From the NCBI RefSeq assembly GCF_000009045.1, contig NC_000964.3:840001-872000 (forward strand): a stretch of 32,000 nucleotides of DNA. Direction: 5' to 3'. The notes under the pieces are model-generated. The model searched no databases. It was not told where the DNA came from and saw only the letters and a program-made list of their open reading frames with translations. Of the stretch, positions 8,653 to 18,100 are shown piece after piece (positions within the stretch are counted from its first letter, which is position 1; each line of letters begins with the position of its first letter). Origin of the DNA: Bacillus subtilis subsp. subtilis str. 168. GTDB lineage: Bacteria; Bacillota; Bacilli; Bacillales; Bacillaceae. The position numbers were made by a program, and so were the translations under genes.

Positions 8653-10174
8653 CTTTTGGGTCCTCTCTTTTCGCTCCCTTCTGTCCGTTGCCGCGCGAAT
8701 ACGTGCCCGGCCTTCTGGTCATCGTCCACCAAGGCGCCCTGACAAAAATATCTTTTACTTCATCTCGTTTAAACGGAGAAATCCCGGATAAATAAGGAAT
8801 GCCGAAAGATTGCAGCTTGCATAAATGAAGCACTAAGATAATCGTGCCGAGCATAATGCCGAATATCCCAAAAATACTCGCCAAAAACATAAGCGGGAAA
8901 CGAAGCATCCTGATGGAGATAGCTAAGTTAAACCGCGGAATTGTAAATGACGCGATCCCTGTTAACGATACGATGATCACCATGGGGGCAGACACAATTC
9001 CCGCTTCAACAGCGGCTGTCCCAATGACTAGGGCCCCGAGAATACTGACGGTCTGGCCGATGGTTTTCGGCAGGCGCACTCCCGCCTCACGGAGAGCCTC
9101 AAAAGAAATTTCCATAATCAATGCTTCTATGATGGCGGGGAAAGGAATCGGTTCACGCGCAGAGGCCACACTGAACATTAAGTTTGTCGGCATTAAGTCC
9201 TGGTGGTATGTAATAACGGCAACATAAATAGCCGGCAAATATAAAGCAACGAATAAAAACATATAGCGAAGCCAGCGGATTAAGTTAGACATCAAATAAC
9301 GCTCATAGTAATCTTCACTGGCCTGCATAAGCTGCCAAAACGTAATCGGGCCTGTTAAGACAAAGGGCGTATTATCTGTGAAAATGGCAAATCGGCCTTC
9401 GAGAAGCTGGGCGGCGACGGTGTCCGGCCTTTCTGTGTATTGCAGCTGGGGGAATGGCGAGTACGTGTCGTCTTCGATAAATTCTTCAATATATCCGCTT
9501 TCTAAGACAGCATCAATCTTTATCTTTTTGATTCTTTTTTTTGCTTTGTCAATAACCTTTGGATCGGCAAGCCCGTCAATATAGGCCAAGACAACATCGG
9601 TTTTGGTTTTCGTGCCGATTTTAAAAGAGATCATTTTAAGCTGAAACGTTTTGACGCGAAAGCGCACAAGAGCGGTATTGACCCTGAGGCTTTCAGTGAA
9701 GCCCTCTCTTGACCCTCTGATGGTCGATTCTGTTATCGGCTCTTCAATGCTTCTTCTTTGTCCGCCTTTTATATTTAAGATCAGGCCTTTTGAGTGCCCG
9801 TCGGCAAATAAAACCGCGTTCCCCTCAATGATGGATGCAGCCACTTTGCTCATACTCGTTTCTAATGCAACACTTGAAATTGATAGAGTATTTTGCAGCG
9901 CCTCTTCATGTTCATCTATTTGATCCGTCAAATGCATTAAGAAAGGGCGGAGGGCGTGATCCTGAATATGTTCAGATTTTACAATTCCTTCGATATAAAC
10001 AATAAATCCGCACAGCCCGTTTCCAAAGTCAAATTGTCTAAATACGATGTCTGAGCAGCCTTCTGTTAATAAGGTCAGATTTTCGAGGTTTTCCTTCAAA
10101 TTGGGAGAGATCGGTCTGTCCTGATTGTCTTCAAGCTCTTTGATGAGCTGAAGCGCTTTGTCGCGTTTATTCAT
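8633..10174 (-). CDS. yfkQ: Spore germinant receptor A subunit (GerAA family)
   Basis: 513 aa with a soluble N-terminal domain followed by a C-terminal multi-TM region, the typical GerAA architecture. GGGTGAG RBS upstream. First gene of yfkQRST. Confidence 0.88.
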   Translation of the reverse strand: MNKRDKALQLIKELEDNQDRPISPNLKENLENLTLLTEGCSDIVFRQFDFGNGLCGFIVYIEGIVKSEHIQDHALRPFLMHLTDQIDEHEEALQNTLSISSVALETSMSKVAASIIEGNAVLFADGHSKGLILNIKGGQRRSIEEPITESTIRGSREGFTESLRVNTALVRFRVKTFQLKMISFKIGTKTKTDVVLAYIDGLADPKVIDKAKKRIKKIKIDAVLESGYIEEFIEDDTYSPFPQLQYTERPDTVAAQLLEGRFAIFTDNTPFVLTGPITFWQLMQASEDYYERYLMSNLIRWLRYMFLFVALYLPAIYVAVITYHQDLMPTNLMFSVASAREPIPFPAIIEALIMEISFEALREAGVRLPKTIGQTVSILGALVIGTAAVEAGIVSAPMVIIVSLTGIASFTIPRFNLAISIRMLRFPLMFLASIFGIFGIMLGTIILVLHLCKLQSFGIPYLSGISPFKRDEVKDIFVRAPWWTMTRRPGTYSRGNGQKGAKREDPKDEENNI

Positions 10175-10263
10175 AGAGGCTCACCCTGCTTTTTAATGTC
10201 ATATTCAATAAGTGCTTGTGACTTTTAGGGTAACCTTGTCTGTTTCATATATTCCAGACTAGG

Positions 10264-10278
10264 ATGAAAGCGCTATAA
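10264..10278 (+). promoter_or_regulatory. Candidate catabolite-responsive element (cre, CcpA site) upstream of the treP promoter
   Basis: ATGAAAGCGCTATAA fits WTGNAANCGNWNNCW at all but one position. The tre operon is known to be under carbon catabolite repression. Confidence 0.5.
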
Positions 10279-10285
10279 AAAAGTG

Positions 10286-10314
10286 TTGACTACCTGTATA
10301 TACAGGAATACAAT
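10286..10314 (+). promoter_or_regulatory. SigA-type promoter of trePAR
   Basis: TTGACT (10286-10291), exactly 17 nt of spacer, then TACAAT (10309-10314). It lies about 50 nt upstream of the treP ATG. Confidence 0.8.
10293..10306 (+). promoter_or_regulatory. TreR operator 1 (perfect 14-bp palindrome inside the promoter spacer)
   Basis: CCTGTATATACAGG has the GntR/HutC-type core TGTATATACA and sits between the -35 and -10 hexamers. Confidence 0.75.
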
Positions 10315-10322
10315 ATGATTAT

Positions 10323-10340
10323 AAGTTGTATATACAAGTT
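10323..10340 (+). promoter_or_regulatory. TreR operator 2 (palindrome downstream of the -10)
   Basis: AAGTTGTATATACAAGTT has a perfect 12-bp core TTGTATATACAA at 10326-10337. It shares the TGTATATACA core with operator 1. Confidence 0.75.
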
Positions 10341-10366
10341 ATAAAAACGGATACGGAGGGGTTGGC

Positions 10367-11779
10367 ATGGGGGAACTGAACAAATCGGCACGTCAGATTG
10401 TCGAAGCAGTCGGCGGTGCTGAAAATATTGCAGCGGCAACTCATTGTGTTACACGTTTGCGTTTTGCTTTAATAGATGAAAGCAAGGTTGACCAAGAGAT
10501 GCTTGATCAAATTGATGTGGTAAAGGGATCATTCTCGACAAACGGACAGTTTCAGGTCGTAATCGGCCAGGGAACTGTCAATAAAGTATATGCTGAACTG
10601 GTTAAGGAAACGGGGATTGGCGAGTCAACAAAGGATGAAGTGAAGAAGGCCTCAGAAAAAAATATGAATCCTTTGCAGCGTGCTGTGAAAACGCTTGCAG
10701 ATATTTTTATTCCAATATTGCCTGCGATTGTCACGGCGGGTCTTTTAATGGGGATCAATAACATTTTAACGGCGGAAGGCATTTTCTTCAGCACAAAATC
10801 GATTGTGCAGGTTTATCCGCAGTGGGCGGATCTTGCTAATATGATTAACCTGATTGCAGGCACGGCCTTTACGTTTTTGCCTGCGTTAATCGGATGGTCT
10901 GCCGTCAAGCGGTTCGGCGGCAATCCGCTTCTCGGCATTGTGCTCGGGGTTATGCTCGTGCATCCTGATTTGCTGAATGCGTGGGGATATGGCGCGGCAG
11001 AACAAAGCGGAGAGATCCCGGTATGGAATCTATTCGGCCTAGAGGTGCAGAAAGTCGGCTATCAGGGCCAGGTGCTCCCAATTTTGCTTGCTTCTTATAT
11101 GCTGGCGAAGATTGAGGTATTTTTAACAAAACGCACACCTGAGGGCATACAGCTGCTCGTTGTCGCACCAATTACGCTTCTCTTAACAGGATTTGCCTCT
11201 TTTATCATTATCGGCCCGATTACATTTGCGATCGGTAATGTACTGACTTCAGGGCTTATCTCGGTGTTTGGTTCTTTTGCCGCACTGGGCGGTCTGTTAT
11301 ATGGCGGTTTCTACTCAGCGCTCGTGATTACCGGTATGCATCACACGTTTCTTGCAGTCGACCTGCAGCTCATCGGTTCAAAGCTCGGCGGCACCTTTTT
11401 ATGGCCGATGCTGGCGCTTTCTAATATCGCACAAGGTTCGGCGGCTCTGGCCATGATGTTTATCGTGAAGGATGAGAAACAAAAAGGCCTCTCCCTCACA
11501 TCAGGGATTTCTGCTTATCTTGGCATTACAGAGCCTGCCATCTTTGGGGTGAATCTGCGATACAGATTCCCGTTTATCATTGCAATGGTCAGCTCTGGCC
11601 TGGCCGGAATGTATATTTCTTCTCAAGGTGTGCTGGCAAGCTCCGTCGGTGTCGGCGGCGTGCCGGGGATTTTCTCAATCATGAGCCAGTACTGGGGCGC
11701 GTTTGCAATCGGGATGGCTATTGTATTGATCGTGCCGTTTGCCGGAACATACGCGTATGCGAGATTCAAACATAAATAA
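10367..11779 (+). CDS. treP: PTS trehalose-specific EIIBC component (no EIIA domain)
   Basis: 470 aa. N-terminal EIIB with phospho-cysteine motif ATHCVTRLRF, followed by an EIIC membrane domain. GGAGGGG RBS upstream. Confidence 0.95.
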   Translation: MGELNKSARQIVEAVGGAENIAAATHCVTRLRFALIDESKVDQEMLDQIDVVKGSFSTNGQFQVVIGQGTVNKVYAELVKETGIGESTKDEVKKASEKNMNPLQRAVKTLADIFIPILPAIVTAGLLMGINNILTAEGIFFSTKSIVQVYPQWADLANMINLIAGTAFTFLPALIGWSAVKRFGGNPLLGIVLGVMLVHPDLLNAWGYGAAEQSGEIPVWNLFGLEVQKVGYQGQVLPILLASYMLAKIEVFLTKRTPEGIQLLVVAPITLLLTGFASFIIIGPITFAIGNVLTSGLISVFGSFAALGGLLYGGFYSALVITGMHHTFLAVDLQLIGSKLGGTFLWPMLALSNIAQGSAALAMMFIVKDEKQKGLSLTSGISAYLGITEPAIFGVNLRYRFPFIIAMVSSGLAGMYISSQGVLASSVGVGGVPGIFSIMSQYWGAFAIGMAIVLIVPFAGTYAYARFKHK

Positions 11780-11849
11780 CAAGTGGGGAGCGGGACGTGT
11801 TGAACGTTCCCTTTTCCCGTTTTCAATTTAAATATGGTGGTGGAAACAG

Positions 11850-13535
11850 ATGAAAACAGAACAAACGCCATGGTGGAAAAAAGCTGTGGTTTATCAAATT
11901 TATCCGAAAAGCTTTAACGATACGACAGGAAATGGTGTTGGCGATCTGAACGGCATTATTGAAAAGCTGGATTACTTAAAAACGCTACAGGTGGATGTGC
12001 TTTGGCTGACGCCGATTTATGATTCTCCCCAGCATGATAATGGGTACGATATTCGTGATTATTACTCGATTTATCCTGAATACGGAACGATGGAGGATTT
12101 TGAGCGGCTAGTGTCCGAAGCACATAAAAGAGACCTGAAAGTCGTCATGGATCTTGTTGTCAATCATACGTCAACAGAGCACAAATGGTTTCGCGAGGCG
12201 ATCTCTTCAATAGACAGCCCGTACCGTGATTTTTATATATGGAAAAAACCGCAGGAAAACGGTTCTGTTCCGACGAACTGGGAATCGAAATTCGGCGGCT
12301 CGGCATGGGAGCTTGACGAAGCATCGGGCCAATACTATTTGCATCTGTTTGATGTGACGCAGGCTGATTTGAATTGGGAAAATGAAGAGGTCAGAAAGCA
12401 TGTCTATGACATGATGCATTTTTGGTTTGAAAAGGGAATAGACGGCTTTAGGCTTGATGTCATCAACCTGATTTCTAAAGATCAGCGCTTTCCGAATGCG
12501 GAGGAAGGCGACGGCCGCTCTTTTTACACTGACGGGCCGCGGGTGCACGAATTTCTGCATGAAATGAACGAAAAGGTGTTTTCACATTACGACAGCATGA
12601 CGGTCGGTGAGATGTCTTCAACAACCGTAGACCACTGCATCCGGTATACGAATCCTGACAATAAAGAACTTGATATGACATTCAGCTTCCATCATCTCAA
12701 GGTTGACTATCCTAACGGCGAAAAATGGGCCTTGGCGCCGTTTGATTTTTTGAAGCTGAAGGAGATCCTATCTGACTGGCAAACGGGGATGCACGCAGGA
12801 GGGGGATGGAACGCTCTGTTCTGGTGCAATCATGATCAGCCGCGCGTCGTATCAAGATATGGAGATGATGGCGCATATAGGGTGAAATCGGCGAAAATGC
12901 TTGCTACGGCCATTCATATGATGCAGGGCACGCCTTATATTTATCAGGGCGAGGAGCTGGGGATGACGAATCCGAAGTTCACTGACATAAGCTCCTATCG
13001 GGATGTCGAATCGCTGAACATGTATCACGCCTTTAAGGAAAAAGGAATGGCTGATCAAGATATTACAGCCATTTTACAGGCGAAATCCCGTGACAATTCC
13101 AGAACCCCCGTTCAGTGGGATGCTACGGAAAATGGTGGTTTTACAACGGGCACACCATGGATACCGGTTGCAGGAAATTACCGGGAAATCAATGCTGAAG
13201 CGGCGCTGAGGGATCAGAATTCGGTGTTTTACCATTATCAAAAATTGATTCAGATTCGCAAAATGTATGACATTGTGACAGAGGGTACGTATGAGATAAT
13301 TGCAAAGGATGACCCGAACATTTTTGCGTATCTCAGACACGGCAGCAATGAAAAGCTGCTCGTGATCAATAATTTTTACGGGACAGAGGCGGCCTTTACA
13401 CTGCCGGACTCTTTAGCGCCTGACGAATGGAAGGCAGAGGTGCTGTTGACGAACGATGAAGCAAGGGAAGGGCTTCAGAACATGACGCTTCGCCCATATG
13501 AGTCCATTGTTTATCGTTTAACGAAACCGTGTTAA
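11850..13535 (+). CDS. treA: Trehalose-6-phosphate hydrolase (GH13 alpha-glucosidase family)
   Basis: 561 aa with the GH13 conserved regions DLVVNHTS, GFRLDVINL and FWCNHDQPR. It sits between treP and treR. Confidence 0.95.
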   Translation: MKTEQTPWWKKAVVYQIYPKSFNDTTGNGVGDLNGIIEKLDYLKTLQVDVLWLTPIYDSPQHDNGYDIRDYYSIYPEYGTMEDFERLVSEAHKRDLKVVMDLVVNHTSTEHKWFREAISSIDSPYRDFYIWKKPQENGSVPTNWESKFGGSAWELDEASGQYYLHLFDVTQADLNWENEEVRKHVYDMMHFWFEKGIDGFRLDVINLISKDQRFPNAEEGDGRSFYTDGPRVHEFLHEMNEKVFSHYDSMTVGEMSSTTVDHCIRYTNPDNKELDMTFSFHHLKVDYPNGEKWALAPFDFLKLKEILSDWQTGMHAGGGWNALFWCNHDQPRVVSRYGDDGAYRVKSAKMLATAIHMMQGTPYIYQGEELGMTNPKFTDISSYRDVESLNMYHAFKEKGMADQDITAILQAKSRDNSRTPVQWDATENGGFTTGTPWIPVAGNYREINAEAALRDQNSVFYHYQKLIQIRKMYDIVTEGTYEIIAKDDPNIFAYLRHGSNEKLLVINNFYGTEAAFTLPDSLAPDEWKAEVLLTNDEAREGLQNMTLRPYESIVYRLTKPC

Positions 13536-13555
13536 ACTAAGCTGGGTGGTCCATA

Positions 13556-14272
13556 ATGAAGGTGAATAAATTCATCACAATTTATAAAGACATCGCACAG
13601 CAAATTGAAGGCGGCCGATGGAAAGCGGAGGAGATTCTTCCGTCTGAACATGAGTTGACCGCACAGTACGGTACATCAAGAGAAACGGTCCGAAAGGCGC
13701 TTCATATGCTCGCGCAAAACGGTTATATCCAGAAAATCAGGGGAAAAGGCTCCGTCGTGCTCAATCGTGAAAAAATGCAGTTTCCCGTTTCGGGCCTTGT
13801 CAGCTTCAAGGAGCTCGCGCAAACGCTTGGCAAAGAAACGAAAACAACTGTACACAAATTCGGGCTGGAGCCTCCGTCAGAGCTGATCCAAAAACAGCTC
13901 CGGGCCAATCTGGATGACGACATCTGGGAAGTCATCAGGTCTAGAAAGATTGACGGGGAACATGTGATTTTGGACAAGGATTACTTTTTCAGAAAGCATG
14001 TCCCTCACCTGACGAAAGAAATTTGTGAAAACTCCATATATGAATATATAGAAGGAGAGCTCGGTCTTTCGATCAGTTACGCCCAAAAAGAAATTGTAGC
14101 CGAGCCGTGTACGGACGAGGACAGAGAGCTGCTCGATTTACGCGGCTATGACCATATGGTCGTGGTGAGAAACTACGTCTTTTTGGAGGATACCAGTTTG
14201 TTTCAATATACGGAAAGCAGACACCGTCTCGACAAATTCCGATTTGTTGATTTTGCGCGGCGGGGGAAATGA
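13556..14272 (+). CDS. treR: Trehalose operon repressor, GntR/HutC family (winged HTH plus UTRA domain)
   Basis: 238 aa. The N-terminal GntR HTH reads LPSEHELTAQYGTSRETVRKALHMLAQNGYIQKIRGKGSVV, followed by a C-terminal UTRA-like effector domain. Confidence 0.93.
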   Translation: MKVNKFITIYKDIAQQIEGGRWKAEEILPSEHELTAQYGTSRETVRKALHMLAQNGYIQKIRGKGSVVLNREKMQFPVSGLVSFKELAQTLGKETKTTVHKFGLEPPSELIQKQLRANLDDDIWEVIRSRKIDGEHVILDKDYFFRKHVPHLTKEICENSIYEYIEGELGLSISYAQKEIVAEPCTDEDRELLDLRGYDHMVVVRNYVFLEDTSLFQYTESRHRLDKFRFVDFARRGK

Positions 14273-14276
14273 GAGA

Positions 14277-14306
14277 GGCGCCTGCCTGCGGCAGCGCGCT
14301 TTTTTG
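14277..14306 (+). terminator. Rho-independent terminator after treR
   Basis: A GC-rich hairpin GGCGCCTGCC...GGCAGCGCGC is followed by TTTTTTG. Confidence 0.75.
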
Positions 14307-14411
14307 TTTGGTATCAAAATTGATACTATCCAACAAAAATGTGCGTACTTTTACTTTTTATCATAATGGCTACAATAGAGATGAGAGTAATCTAAAGGAG
14401 AGGTGTTTTAC

Positions 14412-15077
14412 ATGGCAGATCTAAAGACACAAATTCTGGATGCATACAATTTCAGGCATGCGACTAAGGAATTTGACCCGAATAAAAAAGTGTCAGACAG
14501 CGATTTTGAATTTATTTTAGAAACAGGAAGACTGTCTCCGAGCTCACTCGGCCTTGAGCCTTGGAAATTTGTCGTCGTCCAAAATCCGGAATTCCGCGAG
14601 AAGCTTCGTGAATACACATGGGGCGCGCAAAAGCAGCTGCCGACCGCAAGCCATTTCGTCCTGATTCTTGCGCGTACAGCGAAGGATATCAAATATAATG
14701 CGGACTACATCAAACGTCATTTAAAAGAAGTAAAACAAATGCCTCAAGACGTGTACGAAGGCTATTTAAGCAAAACAGAAGAATTCCAGAAAAACGATTT
14801 GCATTTGCTTGAAAGTGACAGAACATTGTTTGACTGGGCATCAAAACAAACCTATATCGCGCTTGGCAACATGATGACTGCCGCTGCGCAAATCGGTGTT
14901 GATTCCTGCCCGATCGAAGGCTTCCAGTACGATCACATTCACCGTATTCTTGAAGAAGAAGGCCTTCTGGAAAACGGAAGCTTCGATATTTCTGTGATGG
15001 TGGCATTCGGCTACCGAGTGAGAGACCCTCGTCCGAAAACAAGATCTGCTGTTGAAGATGTTGTGAAGTGGGTTTAA
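14412..15077 (+). CDS. yfkO: Oxygen-insensitive NAD(P)H nitroreductase (NfsB-like)
   Basis: The ORF-track frame starts at GTG 14403. ATG 14412 (MADLKTQILDAYNFRHATKEFD) lies 8 nt after AAAGGAGAGG and gives 221 aa. The sequence is nitroreductase-fold. Confidence 0.9.
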   Translation: MADLKTQILDAYNFRHATKEFDPNKKVSDSDFEFILETGRLSPSSLGLEPWKFVVVQNPEFREKLREYTWGAQKQLPTASHFVLILARTAKDIKYNADYIKRHLKEVKQMPQDVYEGYLSKTEEFQKNDLHLLESDRTLFDWASKQTYIALGNMMTAAAQIGVDSCPIEGFQYDHIHRILEEEGLLENGSFDISVMVAFGYRVRDPRPKTRSAVEDVVKWV

Positions 15078-15085
15078 AAGAAGAA

Positions 15086-15115
15086 AGCTGCTCGCATAGC
15101 GAGCAGCTCTTTTTT
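15086..15115. terminator. Bidirectional terminator between convergent yfkO and yfkN
   Basis: AGCTGCTCGC (15086-15095) pairs with GCGAGCAGCT (15099-15108) around a 3-nt loop. An A-rich tract lies upstream and a T-run downstream, and the T-run overlaps the yfkN stop codon. Confidence 0.85.
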
Positions 15116-18100
15116 ATGCCTGATTCGCTCTATTCTGTTTTCTCCTCTGATGTAAGTACATTGCCGTTCCGAGTGCGCTGATCAGAAATCCGGCCAACAG
15201 GATCGAGTACATGGATGTGGCTGTGTCCGGAAGCAGGCCGCCAGCCGGACCGTCTGTTCCTGATCCGCCCGAACCGTTTCCACCAGAGCCGTTAGTCGGT
15301 TGAGTGCCGGGAGGCGTATCATTTCCTCCGTTTCCGTCAGTTGGCTGTTTTCCGCCTGGTTTGTCGGAGCCTCCGCCATGATTGCCGTCATCACCGCCTG
15401 TCGGTTGATCTGACGGGAATGCCGGCGGTTTGTTGTTTGAACCGGAATTTAAGATCGTGTATTCGCTGAAGTGGTTTGTATATCCTGTCACCATATCATC
15501 ATCGACTGATCCGTGACCTGTCTTTGTGAAAGCTTTCTTTTTTCTATCGACGTGATAAATGGCAGGGTTATGGGCTTCTTCAATATCAAACATGCGAAGC
15601 GAAAGCTGTACGGGCTCCTTGAATGATTTTATTTCTTTTCCTTTTTGCTTCACTGTAAAGTCATATACATCTGACAGTGACACATCCAATTCTCCCGTAG
15701 ACTTGATTCCGATTGCAGTGTCTGCGGTTTTAAGGTTCGCCATTGGCATCTTCATGCTGTACCAGTAGTTGAACATCGTCAATGAAGGATCTGACTCTCT
15801 TTCTTTCAAAAGTTTGACCTGATCTTTTTTCACTTTAAGATTGATAGGCTTCTCTTGAGATCCTTCATGTATTCCATAATAGACAAATGGCGTGTTGGCA
15901 TTTTTAGCATAAATCGCAAATTTGTCTTCATCAAGTGTCCAGCTGCCGTCCTTCTGCTTTGTCGGCAGGAATACTTCTTTGATTCGTCCTTCAACTTTAG
16001 GAGAGACCTTGTTTCCTAGTTTTTTCAGCTGTTCGGTGAAAATCTCATAATCAACGTAGCCAAGGTCTTCACCATGGGAGGCTTCTGTAAAGACAGAATA
16101 TCCGTCTCCTCCGGCACCGACAAAATTATTTGTTGCCACGCGGTAGGTATCATCCGTATTTATAGCAACTTTGTCTCCGTTAGGCGATTCAATTTTCACT
16201 TCTAACACACGGTGTCCAGGTTTGTTGTTTAATGTAAAGGTATATTCGATTCCGGCCACCTGAGGGAAAGCGCCGCCGCCATTTTCCACATTGCTTAGGC
16301 CTTGTTCAAGGGCTTCTTTAATTTGTTTTCCGGTTAAATCGGCCACGTAAAGCGTATTGCCGAACGGCATCACGTTGAGCACCTCGCCGAGTGTGATATC
16401 ACCTTTGTCAATGCCTGCTCTGATGCCGCCGCCATTTGTTATCGCTATTCTGGCGCCGGCTGCTTCTTTCGCTTTTGCCAGCATACCGTCCGCGATGAAG
16501 TTTCCGAGATTCGTTTCTTTCGTGCGCACATGCTCACGCTGGCCGTCAAGCGCCACATCCGTGTAGCCGACTTTTTCATTTTTCACGTCCTCTAATTCAT
16601 TTTTGAACTGATCGAGCTCTTGTTTTGCTTCTGGGTTTTCTTCTGTATGTTCATCAATTGGCAGCACGCTCAGATTTGATTTATCTGTTTGCACAACGCC
16701 TTTTTCATCAAACGCGACATCAACGCGCCCCAAGAATTGGCCGTATTCTTTTGCCTGCGCCACGATCGTCGGTTCTTCGTTGTTCACGACCTCCATTTTG
16801 TCTACGAGGGTGTGAGTGTGTCCGCCGATGATCAAATCAATGCCTTTTACTTTTTTGGCTAGCTCAAGATCCCGGTTATGTCCGATGTGGGTTAAAGCAA
16901 TAATTTTATTTACCTTTTCTTCTTCTTGAATCGCTTTGACGGTGTTTTGTGCTGTTTCAAAGGCATCATTGAATACGATGCTTTTGCCCGGGCTTGATGT
17001 GGTGGCTGTATCTTCTGTTGTCAGGCCGAATACGGCGACTTTCTCCCCGTCAACGTCTAACAGAATGTAAGGGTGAATGCCGGCCTCTTTCTTTTCACCT
17101 GCCGTAAAGGTTTGCGGCTTTTTGACAAATGATTTCAGCTTGGGCTCATTTGACACATCTACGTTTGCACTGACAATCGGAAATTCCGGCGCTTCAAAGT
17201 GATAGCGGTTCGCCGGATCAACGGTTGCGCTGTTTCCGCTTAGAAAATCAGAAAGCACCGTCGGGCCTTTGTCAAATTCATGGTTTCCGAAGGTCATGGC
17301 GTCATAGCCCATCATGTTCATCATTTTCAGATCGGCCAAACCGTTCCATTTAGTAAAATACAGATCGCCGGAAAACACATCTCCCGCATCAAGGAGAATA
17401 TTGTGATTTGTTTCGCTGCGTACTTCGTTGATTTTCGTCATTCGTCTCGCTGCATCATCGAGATGGGCGTGCGTATCATTGGTGTGCATGACGGTCAGAT
17501 CCCACAGTCCGTCTTTAGGAGGATCTGGATTTGAATCATCATCGAATTGCAGCTTATACACACCATAGCCTTCATTCGCAGACTTGCCTACATAAGCGAC
17601 ATCGTCTGCTTTATCGGCAAATGGCTTGGCCAAAAGCGAGGATTCAAACGTCAGATTCGTGCCGGAAACAGGCGCGATTGACCAGTTGTTGTCTGCTTTT
17701 GGATTGACTGTTTTTTGTTCAATAATGTAATCCATCAGCACCTGCCTATTTTCAACTGCAGAGCCGTGGACAATTTTATCGCTCGTCAGATGAGGGAACC
17801 CGCCGCCTCCGGACGCACGATAGTTATTGGTGACTACGAGAAATTCCTGGCTTGGGCTGATCGGCTTGCCTTCATAGGAAAGATTGATGATACGGGATGA
17901 ATCCGCATTGATCACTTTTCCGTTCTCATTGTATTTAGCCGGTTTTGTCACATCGACCTGATATGTGACACCGTCAATCACGTCAAAATTATAGGAGCGG
18001 AAATTCTCGTTCAGCAAGGCCTGGTCGCCGCCTTTAGCTGGATCAATTTGATTGAATTGGCCTGCTGACATCTCCAGCCAGTCCTTGACCTCGCTGCCTG

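Noticed and set aside
10175-10366. Idea that divergent yfkQRST and trePAR form a functional unit (trehalose-sensing germinant receptor)
   Set aside because: Nothing in the sequence supports shared regulation. The tre side has its own SigA promoter with TreR/CcpA sites, and germinant receptors are forespore-expressed. Adjacency alone is insufficient.
15234-15440. Repetitive G/C-rich DNA (GGNGGN, CCN runs) near the yfkN 3' end, considered as a tandem or CRISPR-like repeat
   Set aside because: It is in-frame low-complexity coding sequence (the Gly/Pro/Thr/Asn/Asp stalk) preceding the LPDTA sorting signal. It shows no regular repeat-spacer periodicity.
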